64,000 nucleotides of DNA. Source: Clostridia bacterium (GTDB taxonomy: Bacteria > Bacillota > Clostridia > Oscillospirales > CAG-272). The stretch lies in NCBI GenBank assembly GCA_017504625.1, contig JAFVQU010000016.1:9129-73128 (forward strand). Direction: 5' to 3'. Below the pieces are notes generated by a model. The model saw only the letters and a program-made list of their open reading frames with translations, searched no databases and was not told the origin of the DNA. A program made the translations under genes and the position numbers. Within the stretch, counting starts at the first letter, position 1; every line of letters begins with the position of its first letter. This document shows, piece by piece, positions 53,459 to 61,380 of the stretch.

Positions 53459-53836
53459 ATGGAAAAGTATAAGGAATCTATTGCGGCACTCAAGGCAGAA
53501 TACGAGCAGAAGCTCGCAGAAAAGGATGCTGAAAACGCGCGCTTGCGCGGCGAAAAGAAGACCGCCGAGGAAAAGGCGAAGGCAAAGGCGGCTGAATACG
53601 AGGCGTACCTCAACGAATACATTTCGGTCAAGCTCTTTAAGGATAACGACAAGTACCGTGACGACGTTTACGTTGCGGTGAACGGTCAGAACTGTGTTAT
53701 AAAGCGCGGCGAATGGGTTAAAATAAAGAGAAAGTTCGCTCTCGTGCTCGACGCGTCTGAAATTCAGGATATGAAGACGGCACAGCTTATCGAAAACGAG
53801 CAGAGAAGCTTTATCAATCAGAGCAGAGCCGTTTAA
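53459..53836 (+). CDS. Hypothetical coiled-coil protein (125 aa)
   Basis: Lys/Glu/Ala-rich helical N-terminal half and a beta-rich C-terminal half. RBS GGAAAGG. Confidence 0.5.
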   Translation: MEKYKESIAALKAEYEQKLAEKDAENARLRGEKKTAEEKAKAKAAEYEAYLNEYISVKLFKDNDKYRDDVYVAVNGQNCVIKRGEWVKIKRKFALVLDASEIQDMKTAQLIENEQRSFINQSRAV

Positions 53837-53861
53837 AAAATCTTAAAGATAGCTCGGTTTG

Positions 53862-53890
53862 TTGACATATTTGCCCTTTGATGATATAAT
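53862..53890 (+). promoter_or_regulatory. Consensus promoter
   Basis: TTGACA, 17 nt, TATAAT, upstream of the DUF2974-like gene. Confidence 0.65.
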
Positions 53891-53907
53891 GAAAGTGAGG
53901 ATTGCGT

Positions 53908-55095
53908 ATGCTCAGAAAAATTGCCATAAGGGTAGAAAGAGAGCTTCGCGACGGACTTCCCGTCGTAGCCTCGGGAATACGCGAATATTACCGAAGGGAG
54001 CGTGAGAGCGTGGCTGATATGTTTGAATATCTGAGGTGGAGAGGCGATATTTCGTTTGCCGAAAAAAGACTTTCCGAGATAGACAGTATCATTCTTTCAA
54101 TGATGGTCTACGTCGATTTTGACGCTCTCGGACTTTGTGGCGAGGAGTATCTTTGCAATCTCGCAAAGGATTATTGCCTTGACAACGAATACAAGAGCGT
54201 AAAGCTCGGACTTATCATACCCTCAAAAAAGATAAACCGCCTCTTTTGTACGGCGGCAAGATGCAGACGATTTGGCAACGTCAAGGTCAGCGACTACGTG
54301 AGTAGAACGAGTGAGGAGGAGGTCTGCCAATTTGCCGCGGCGACATATCATTTGCCGGGCAAGAGAATGGCAGTGACCTTCCGCGGCACCGATGACACGA
54401 TAGTCGGCTGGCGCGAGGACTTTTGTATGTCATACGTTGACGAGATCCCCGCGCAGAAAATGGCAAGGGAATATCTTTTAGCGGTTGCCGAGAAATATCC
54501 CGATGAGAAAATATACCTCACGGGACACTCAAAGGGAGGAAATCTCTCGCTTTACGCCGCAATGAAGGCGACAAGCGAGGTCAAGGCGCGCATCGTCAAG
54601 GTTTATTGTCACGACGGCCCCGGCTTGTCGTATTCAAACGTGACATCTCCCGAATTTGCCGAGATACGTCGCAAGGTGGCGGTATATCTGCCGCAATCGT
54701 CGGTGGTTGGCACTATGTTTGAGCGCGGCGATAAATACGCCGTTGTAAAAAGCTCGGCGGTGGGCGCGGTACAGCACGATCCGTTCTCTTGGGAGCTTGA
54801 CGGCCCCGTATTTATAAGGCTTTCCTCGCTTTCCGAGCGCGGTAAGAAGAACGAGGAGCAGTTCAGGGCGAAAATGCGTCAGATGACGGCGGACGAAAAG
54901 CGCGAATTCGTCGAGCTTTTCTTTTCAATAGTAAGCGCAACGGGTGCTAAGACCCTGTCGGATTTCTCTGGCAAGGGAGTGAAAAACGTAGCCCTCTTGC
55001 TCAAAAACTACACGGGCCTTGAAAAGCATCAGCGCGATCTTATCGTCACGCTGATGATAAAGCTTTTTGATCTGAAAAAAGAGAAGACCAAATAA
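53908..55095 (+). CDS. Alpha/beta-hydrolase, DUF2974 (Mbeg1-like) family
   Basis: MFEYLRWRGDISF (the usual N-terminus of the family, here preceded by about 37 extra aa) and GHSKGGNLSLYAA nucleophile-elbow motif. Confidence 0.7.
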   Translation: MLRKIAIRVERELRDGLPVVASGIREYYRRERESVADMFEYLRWRGDISFAEKRLSEIDSIILSMMVYVDFDALGLCGEEYLCNLAKDYCLDNEYKSVKLGLIIPSKKINRLFCTAARCRRFGNVKVSDYVSRTSEEEVCQFAAATYHLPGKRMAVTFRGTDDTIVGWREDFCMSYVDEIPAQKMAREYLLAVAEKYPDEKIYLTGHSKGGNLSLYAAMKATSEVKARIVKVYCHDGPGLSYSNVTSPEFAEIRRKVAVYLPQSSVVGTMFERGDKYAVVKSSAVGAVQHDPFSWELDGPVFIRLSSLSERGKKNEEQFRAKMRQMTADEKREFVELFFSIVSATGAKTLSDFSGKGVKNVALLLKNYTGLEKHQRDLIVTLMIKLFDLKKEKTK

Positions 55096-55131
55096 AAAAA
55101 TATCGGAGCCGATTGCGGCTCCGATATTTTC
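55094..55131. terminator. Bidirectional terminator
   Basis: A7-ATATCGGAGCCG-attg-CGGCTCCGATAT-TTT, between convergent genes. Confidence 0.8.
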
Positions 55132-55138
55132 ATTCTGC

Positions 55139-55375
55139 TTATCTGATATCTACGTTTACCTTTTTGTTGCAGCCTGCGGCAGCGGCCTTGATGACCATAC
55201 GGATAGCCTTAGCTATTCTTCCGTTCTTGCCGATAACCATTCCCATGTCGTCGGGAGCAACGCTAAGGGTGAGATTGATGCAGCTTTCGCTCTCGTTGCA
55301 TACAACCACAACCTCGTCGGGATTGTCTACGATAGCGCTTGCGATATTACGCAAGGTTTCCTTCAGATCTACCAT
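55139..55375 (-). CDS. khpA: KH-domain RNA-binding protein (KhpA/YlqC)
   Basis: VIGKNGRIAKAIR GXXG motif. Position downstream of rpsP. ATG 55375 follows AAGGAG. Confidence 0.85.
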   Translation of the reverse strand: MVDLKETLRNIASAIVDNPDEVVVVCNESESCINLTLSVAPDDMGMVIGKNGRIAKAIRMVIKAAAAGCNKKVNVDIR

Positions 55376-55422
55376 TAGAATCTCCTTAAAAACAGGTATT
55401 TGATTAAGAGTCAAGCTCTTGA

Positions 55423-55665
55423 TCAGTCAACGATGCCTGTCTTCTTGAGAAGAACCTTAACGGTCTCGGTGGGCTGTGCGCCCTTTGCGAGCCAATCCTT
55501 AGCCTTGTCAGCGTCGATCTTGATCTCGCTGGGCTCGGTGGTGGGATTGTAGTAGCCGATCTCCTCGATGAAACGACCGTCTCTGGGGTAACGGCTGTCA
55601 GCAACAACTACGCGGTAGAAGGGAGCCTTTTTAGCGCCCATTCTTCTGAGTCTCATTTTTACCAT
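55423..55665 (-). CDS. rpsP: 30S ribosomal protein S16
   Basis: [40 protein letters not shown]. Confidence 0.95.
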   Translation of the reverse strand: MVKMRLRRMGAKKAPFYRVVVADSRYPRDGRFIEEIGYYNPTTEPSEIKIDADKAKDWLAKGAQPTETVKVLLKKTGIVD

Positions 55666-55743
55666 GGTTTTTTTCCTCCATAAATTTGATATATTATTTT
55701 TTATCTTCTTATTTTAAGCCTTTCGGCAAAAAAACTTGTTTTG

Positions 55744-57087
55744 TCAGAAGGGAAGCTTGAACTTGCCCATCTGTCGTCTGCCCTGCTTGCTACGTCCCAT
55801 ATCGGAGAATTGCTTCATCATCTTCTTGATCTGGTCGTACTGCTTTAGGAGCTTGTTTACCTCCTCGACGCTCGTGCCGCTTCCTTTTGCCACTCTCTGC
55901 TTTCTTGACGCGTTGAGCAATTCGGGATGCTCGCGCTCACGCCTGGTCATCGACTTGATGATCGCTTCCTGATGGAGCATCATCTTCTCGTCGACCTTTG
56001 CGTCCTTGAGCGCGCCGGGCTTCATTCCGGGGATCATGCCCGCAAGCTGATCGAGGCTGCCCATACCCTTGAGCTGCTGCATCTGGTCGAGATAATCGTC
56101 AAGAGTGAATATCGACTGGCGGAGCTTTTCCTCAAGCTCTGCCGCCTTTTTCTCGTCAAACTGCGCCTGTGCCTTGTCGATCAAGGTCAGCACGTCGCCC
56201 ATTCCGAGAATTCGTCTTGCCATTCTGTCGGGGTGGAAGGGCTCTATCTGATCGAGCTTTTCGCCAACGCCGATGAATTTTATCGGCTTGCCCGTGACGT
56301 GACGGACTGAGAGTGCCGCGCCGCCTCGCGTGTCGCCGTCGAGCTTTGTGAGAATTACGCCCGTGATGTCGATCATCTCGTTAAAGGTCTCTGCGACGTT
56401 TACCGATTCCTGACCTATCATCGAGTCAATGGTAAGCAATATTTCCGTCGGCTTTACAGCCGTCTTTATGTCCTGAAGCTCACGCATCAGAACCTCATCT
56501 ATCTGAAGGCGTCCCGCGGTATCGATGAATACCGTGTCGTAGCCCTTAAGATTAGCAAGCTTGATACCTTCCTCGGCGATCTTGACGGGGGAGGTCTTGT
56601 CGCCCATTTCAAAAACCGGGATGTCGAGCTTTTCTCCGACTACCTGAAGCTGCTTGATAGCTGCGGGGCGGTAGATGTCGCAGGCTACGAGCAAGGGCTT
56701 TTTGCCCTGCTTTTTAAGAAGTCCCGCAAGCTTTCCCGCGTGCGTCGTCTTACCTGCACCCTGAAGACCGACCATCATAATGACCGTGGGAGGCATAGAT
56801 GCTACCGTGAGCTTTGAGTTAGTCGAGCCCATAAGAGCCGTAAGCTCGTCGCAAACTATCTTTATTACCTGCTGACCGGGATTGAGCGATTCGAGCACGG
56901 CGGCGCCGACCGCCTTTTCGGAAACCGTCTTGATAAAGTCGCGCACGACCTTAAAGCTGACGTCTGCCTCGAGGAGCGCAAGCTTTATCTCGCGCATACC
57001 CGCCTTTATATCGGCCTCGGTAAGCTTACCCTTGTTTTTGAATTTTCTGAAGGCATTTTCGAGTTTTTCGCTTAAGTTCTGAAACAT
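55744..57087 (-). CDS. ffh: Signal recognition particle protein Ffh
   Basis: MFQNLSEKL N-terminus, GLQGAGKTT, DTAGR and a Met-rich M domain. ATG 57087 is preferred over the upstream TTG 57096, which abuts the RBS. Confidence 0.97.
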   Translation of the reverse strand: MFQNLSEKLENAFRKFKNKGKLTEADIKAGMREIKLALLEADVSFKVVRDFIKTVSEKAVGAAVLESLNPGQQVIKIVCDELTALMGSTNSKLTVASMPPTVIMMVGLQGAGKTTHAGKLAGLLKKQGKKPLLVACDIYRPAAIKQLQVVGEKLDIPVFEMGDKTSPVKIAEEGIKLANLKGYDTVFIDTAGRLQIDEVLMRELQDIKTAVKPTEILLTIDSMIGQESVNVAETFNEMIDITGVILTKLDGDTRGGAALSVRHVTGKPIKFIGVGEKLDQIEPFHPDRMARRILGMGDVLTLIDKAQAQFDEKKAAELEEKLRQSIFTLDDYLDQMQQLKGMGSLDQLAGMIPGMKPGALKDAKVDEKMMLHQEAIIKSMTRREREHPELLNASRKQRVAKGSGTSVEEVNKLLKQYDQIKKMMKQFSDMGRSKQGRRQMGKFKLPF

Positions 57088-57130
57088 ATCTGTCAATACC
57101 TCCTTGATTTATCAACTTTTTCTTCGAAAA

Positions 57131-57212
57131 AATAACACTTGAGCTAAGCTCAAATATCACTGCGCACAGCGCAATATCACTCGCCGTGGGCGAATATCAC
57201 CGCGCTTCGCGC
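57131..57212. repeat. Array of four short hairpins spaced by a conserved octamer (20-22 nt period)
   Basis: AATAACAC-T-TGAGC-TAA-GCTCA, AATATCAC-TGCGC-ACA-GCGCA, ATATCAC-TCGCC-GTG-GGCGA, ATATCAC-C-GCGC-TTC-GCGC. Lies between the ylxM stop and the ffh start. Confidence 0.85.
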
Positions 57213-57545
57213 TTACCCGACGCTCTCAAGCAGGAGAAGTATCTCTTTTTTGATCGTGTCGGTGTCGGCGTTACTCTCGCAGAGCTTTAACGCCTCCTTT
57301 GCGTGAATCTGCGCCATATCAAATTTTTTTGCAAGTCCGAGCTTTTCCTCGTAGAAGAGAAGCTCCTCCTCGGCTTTTTTGATGAGGTCGCGCGCACCCT
57401 GCCTTGAAATTGACATTTCCTCGGCTATCTCGGAGAGCGACATATCATTATTATAATAGAAATCAAGCGCATCGCGTCTTCTCTCGGTCAGAACGTCGCC
57501 GTAGAAATCGAGGAGAAGTCCGATATTCAGATTTTTCTCAAACAT
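57213..57545 (-). CDS. ylxM: YlxM/UPF0122 putative DNA-binding protein
   Basis: LLDFYGDVLTERRRDALDFYYNNDMSLSEIAEEMSISRQGARD; conserved position upstream of ffh. Confidence 0.85.
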   Translation of the reverse strand: MFEKNLNIGLLLDFYGDVLTERRRDALDFYYNNDMSLSEIAEEMSISRQGARDLIKKAEEELLFYEEKLGLAKKFDMAQIHAKEALKLCESNADTDTIKKEILLLLESVG

Positions 57546-57601
57546 ATCTCGCTCCTGTCCGCCGTTAAGGCTTTTAGGGTGTAAAGTAAAACGCTTTACA
57601 G

Positions 57602-57630
57602 ATTATATCATCCTTTTTTGCTTTTGTCAA
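57602..57630 (-). promoter_or_regulatory. Consensus promoter of the ylxM-ffh operon
   Basis: Minus strand: TTGACA, 17 nt, TATAAT. Confidence 0.65.
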
Positions 57631-57721
57631 GAGATTTTGCGAAAAAATTTATTGACTTTTTGTAAAATTGTGATATAATTATTGGGTTGAAAAAGAAAAA
57701 GATGTTCAGGAGAAGGGAAAG

Positions 57722-59422
57722 ATGAAGAAATTTGCGGCTGTGATAGCGATATTTCTGTTCTGCTGTATTGCTCTCGGCTCGTGCGGTGATGCGGCGGGAG
57801 ATGGGCACGTAACGGCATTGGAGGAGGAAAATATGACTGACGAAACCTTGGTTCCCCCCGTGCTTGAGGCAACCCTGCCCGACAGCGCGGACGCGGTAAA
57901 GACCTTTATCTGCGGCGACGGAACGGTGCTTGAAGAGTATAGTGACATGGATGCGGATGATTTCGTGTCCGCTTGCGACTACCTCATAAACGAGGGCTTT
58001 TCTGAGTACTGCTCCGATAATATAGGCGATTCGCTCTCGGCAACTTATATTAAAAATGATGAGTATTACACGCTCCTTCTCGCACAGAAGATGGGTAGAT
58101 TTTATATAGGACACTCTGACACGGGCGCGTTGGCGCTTCCCGCGCAGAGCGAGAGCTATGAGAGTGTTTGCGAAACTACGGTAACGCAGGGATACTCACA
58201 AAATATCAACGGTATGACGTATATAATCCGTCTTGCCGACGGAAGCTTTATCGTTGTCGACGGCGGATACGTCAACGATGCGAAGAATCTTTACAAGACG
58301 CTTTGCTCACTTAGTGGCAAGGAGTCGGGAATCCGCATCAGAGCGTGGATATTCAGCCACGCGCACAACGACCACTATCCCGCATTTGGCGAGTTCGCGA
58401 CAAATTACGCCGACAGGGTGAAGCTTGAGTGCGTTATGTATTCTCCCGTGCCTGAGGAGAGAGCATACGACAAGTACTTCAACGGCGATATTCTTGAGCA
58501 TATAGCACTCTTTGACGGCGCAAAGGCGGTGACGGTGCATGCGGGCATGACCTTTAAGATGGCGGACGTCACGCTTGAGGTGCTAAATTCCTCGGAATAC
58601 GTTTATAAGGACTACGAAAGCCTCGATTTCAACGAAAGCTCGGCGGTATACAGAGTAAAGAACGACAACGGCTCGGTCATCTTCCTTGGCGACTGTTACG
58701 ATAAGGTAAGCAGATTTATTATCGACACATACGGCGACGGTCTTAAGAGCGAGATGATGCAGGTATCGCATCACGGAGTAGAGCAGGCAACGCTTGAGCT
58801 TTACGATATAATCGCCCCCTCGCTTGCATTCTGGCCCTGTGACGAGTGGCTCCTTACACACGAAAGAGGAACCACCAAAAAGCAGTATCTTCTGAGCAAC
58901 GAAAGTATCTACGAGCATATCATACACGGCTACGGCAACGCGACAAGACCTCTCTCCTATAAGGCACAGCCCAAGGAGACAGTGGAGGTACTCAAGGACG
59001 GCATAAGTGTATACGGAAGTGAGAGCGTTAGCAATATGATGGTTGATAACGGCGTTATCAAATATAAAGTAAGATCGGTAAACGATCCTTACGTCTGGTT
59101 TGAGACCTCAGGAATAAGCACGGCGGAATATAATGCGGTTAAGCTGGTCATCAAGGCGCCGAGCCACACAGCCTTCTCGGGCTCGAGCTTCTATTTCACC
59201 TGCGCAGGTGATGATCCCGCAGACTTTTCTACCCAAAGACGCAAGCTTTTAGGCCCTCAGGGTACTTCGGAAAACGGAGTGCATACTCTTATCGTCTATC
59301 TCGGAAATACCGGAAATTATGAGGGCGATATCAAATCCGTGCGAATTGACGTGGGTAACGCCGCGGGACAGAAGATAGAAATTCGGTCTGTGGAATTTTT
59401 TTGGCTTGATATTGATAAATAA
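57722..59422 (+). CDS. Lipoprotein with metallo-beta-lactamase fold domain
   Basis: Signal peptide with lipobox LGSC and the HAHNDHY (HxHxDH) motif. The C-terminal ~150 aa form an extra beta-rich domain. Confidence 0.75.
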   Translation: MKKFAAVIAIFLFCCIALGSCGDAAGDGHVTALEEENMTDETLVPPVLEATLPDSADAVKTFICGDGTVLEEYSDMDADDFVSACDYLINEGFSEYCSDNIGDSLSATYIKNDEYYTLLLAQKMGRFYIGHSDTGALALPAQSESYESVCETTVTQGYSQNINGMTYIIRLADGSFIVVDGGYVNDAKNLYKTLCSLSGKESGIRIRAWIFSHAHNDHYPAFGEFATNYADRVKLECVMYSPVPEERAYDKYFNGDILEHIALFDGAKAVTVHAGMTFKMADVTLEVLNSSEYVYKDYESLDFNESSAVYRVKNDNGSVIFLGDCYDKVSRFIIDTYGDGLKSEMMQVSHHGVEQATLELYDIIAPSLAFWPCDEWLLTHERGTTKKQYLLSNESIYEHIIHGYGNATRPLSYKAQPKETVEVLKDGISVYGSESVSNMMVDNGVIKYKVRSVNDPYVWFETSGISTAEYNAVKLVIKAPSHTAFSGSSFYFTCAGDDPADFSTQRRKLLGPQGTSENGVHTLIVYLGNTGNYEGDIKSVRIDVGNAAGQKIEIRSVEFFWLDIDK

Positions 59423-59432
59423 TTATAAATTA

Positions 59433-59470
59433 AGAGGCGGATTCGATAGAATTCGCCTCTGCTTTATTAC
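59433..59470 (+). terminator. Terminator-like hairpin
   Basis: AGAGGCGGATTC-gata-GAATTCGCCTCT (1 mismatch), followed by a T-rich stretch. Confidence 0.6.
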
Positions 59471-59599
59471 TTTATGCAGAAAAATGCATAAATATTTGTA
59501 TGAATATGCGTATTTTTATTCTTTTTACAACAAGTTGCACAAAATGTGCGAAAAACTATACCGCAAAAGGTAAAAAAGGTAGAAAAAGCATAAAGGGTG

Positions 59600-59628
59600 T
59601 TGACAAGATGAATGAATAGTGATACAAT
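59600..59628 (+). promoter_or_regulatory. Promoter of the ABC transporter operon
   Basis: TTGACA, 17 nt, TACAAT. Confidence 0.6.
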
Positions 59629-59673
59629 AATGGCATCAACAAATTCATTTTTATTCATTGGAGGACACAAAAA

Positions 59674-60591
59674 ATGAAAAAGATTATTGCACTCGCACTC
59701 GCACTCGTTATGGTAATTTCCAGCATCGCAATCTTCGCGGCATGTAAGAAGCCCGGTGAAGATAGCCTCTCCGCAGCTTACGATAAGGCAATGGCTGCAA
59801 TCGGCTACGATGCATCTAAATATACCGAAACACTCGTAGTTGCTATGTCTCCCGACTTCGCTCCCATGGAGTTCTACGACACCGCAAAGTCCGGTGACGA
59901 CGCTATCGTTGGCTTCGACGTTATCCTTGCAACCTTCGTTGCTAAGGAGCTTGGTATGAAGCTCAAGATCGACCCGATGTCCTTTGACGCTTCTATGGCG
60001 GCAGTTGCTTCTGGCAATGCAGACCTCGCGATCTCCGGCTTCTCCTGGACCGCAGAGCGTGCAGAGACCTTCCTTATCTCCGACTACTACGTAGCAGGTG
60101 AGAACGAGACCGAGCAGATCCTTATCACCACAAAGGATAAGGCGGCTCAGTTCGCTGCTAATAAGTCTGACTTCTCGGGTCTTAAGATCGGCGCGCAGGG
60201 CGGCTCTCTCCAGCAGCTTCTCGTTGAGGAGCAGCTCGTTACAAAGGGCGCTGCTATTGAGCTTTACGAGAACATCAACGTTGCGGCTACCGCGCTTGCA
60301 ACCGGTGAGATCGATGCGCTTGCAGTTGCATACGGTAACGGAGAAGCGCTTGTAAACGACACTATCGTTCTTTCTGACTACTACTTCGAGGTTGAAGAGA
60401 AGTACAAGAACAACGTAATCCTTCTCAACAAGGAAGACGCAGAGCTTCTTGAGGCTGTTAACGCGGCTCTTGCAAAGGCAATGGCGGCTGATCTTTACGA
60501 CGGCTGGTACGAGGCTTGCCAGATCTACGCCGAGGTAAAGACCATCGACGAGCTTGGCTACGACGACGAGGGTAACAAGATTACTGAGTAA
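59674..60591 (+). CDS. Amino acid ABC transporter substrate-binding lipoprotein (family 3)
   Basis: Lipobox IFAAC, and DFAPMEF...GFDV.LA..VAKELG typical of SBP_bac_3. Confidence 0.85.
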   Translation: MKKIIALALALVMVISSIAIFAACKKPGEDSLSAAYDKAMAAIGYDASKYTETLVVAMSPDFAPMEFYDTAKSGDDAIVGFDVILATFVAKELGMKLKIDPMSFDASMAAVASGNADLAISGFSWTAERAETFLISDYYVAGENETEQILITTKDKAAQFAANKSDFSGLKIGAQGGSLQQLLVEEQLVTKGAAIELYENINVAATALATGEIDALAVAYGNGEALVNDTIVLSDYYFEVEEKYKNNVILLNKEDAELLEAVNAALAKAMAADLYDGWYEACQIYAEVKTIDELGYDDEGNKITE

Positions 60592-60687
60592 TAAAATTAC
60601 AGGGTAGTATATACAGGGCTGCCGTGCTGTTTTCGGTGCGGCGGCTCGTGTTATGTTTTATTAAGACTTTATGTAAATGGAGAAAAT

Positions 60688-61380
60688 ATGTATATAATCA
60701 AAATGTTTGAGGATATGGGCAAGATATTTGTCAAGTACTGGGATCTGTTCTTGATAAAGGGTCTTAGCGCGACCATACTCCTTTCGCTTATGACGGTTGC
60801 GCTCGGCACCGTTTTCGGCGCGTTGCTCGCGCTTATAAAGATCGGAAAGATCAAGCCGCTTAAGTGGATAGTAAACGCGATAGTTGAGATCATCCGCGGC
60901 ACTCCTATGCTGCTTCAGCTCTACATAAGCACCTTCTTAATTCCCGTAATTATCCCCGCGATGAATCAGCTCGAAAACAAAAAGCTGCTTTGTATATCGT
61001 TCACGCTGGTCATGAACAGCGCGGCTTACGTGTCCGAGATAATCCGTTCGGGAATTGAGGCGGTTGACAAGGGGCAGACCGAGGCGGCGCGAAGCCTCGG
61101 ACTTAACGGCACGACGACTATGATACAGATCGTGCTTCCCCAGGCGGTGAAGAACATTCTTCCCGCGCTTGGCAATGAGTTTATCACGATAATCAAGGAG
61201 ACCTCGCTTGCATCGACCTTCTACGTAGGCGAGCTTATGACTCAGTATCACATTATCGTCGGCAGAACTCACAACTCGCTCCCGATACTTATGATAATCG
61301 GTATAATCTACTTCGTGCTTAACTTCGTGCTTTCCAAGGCACTCGGATTCTTTGAAAGGAGGATGAAGGCTCGTGCTTAA
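60688..61380 (+). CDS. Amino acid ABC transporter permease (His/Glu/Gln/Arg/opine family)
   Basis: [10 protein letters not shown] and [11 protein letters not shown]-loop motifs. Confidence 0.9.
   Translation: MYIIKMFEDMGKIFVKYWDLFLIKGLSATILLSLMTVALGTVFGALLALIKIGKIKPLKWIVNAIVEIIRGTPMLLQLYISTFLIPVIIPAMNQLENKKLLCISFTLVMNSAAYVSEIIRSGIEAVDKGQTEAARSLGLNGTTTMIQIVLPQAVKNILPALGNEFITIIKETSLASTFYVGELMTQYHIIVGRTHNSLPILMIIGIIYFVLNFVLSKALGFFERRMKARA

Larger units (their letters stand above)
45620..53836 (+). mobile_element. Phage-derived head-assembly/DNA-packaging module with CI-like switch (no tail, lysis, replication or integrase genes)
   Basis: Contiguous repressor, early small genes, TerS, TerL, portal, Prp protease, scaffold, capsid and one further ORF, flanked by housekeeping genes. 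Confidence 0.65.

Noticed and set aside
44226-55095. Complete inducible prophage
   Set aside because: No tail, tape-measure, baseplate, lysis, replication or integrase genes are present, and the flanks are housekeeping genes. Only a head and packaging module remains.
55113-55403. 96-aa ORF on the plus strand
   Set aside because: It is antisense to the KH-domain gene khpA and overlaps the bidirectional terminator.
57608-58114. 168-aa ORF on the minus strand, plus overlapping 80-aa ORFs
   Set aside because: They are antisense to the 5' part of the MBL lipoprotein gene and span two promoter regions. No motifs.
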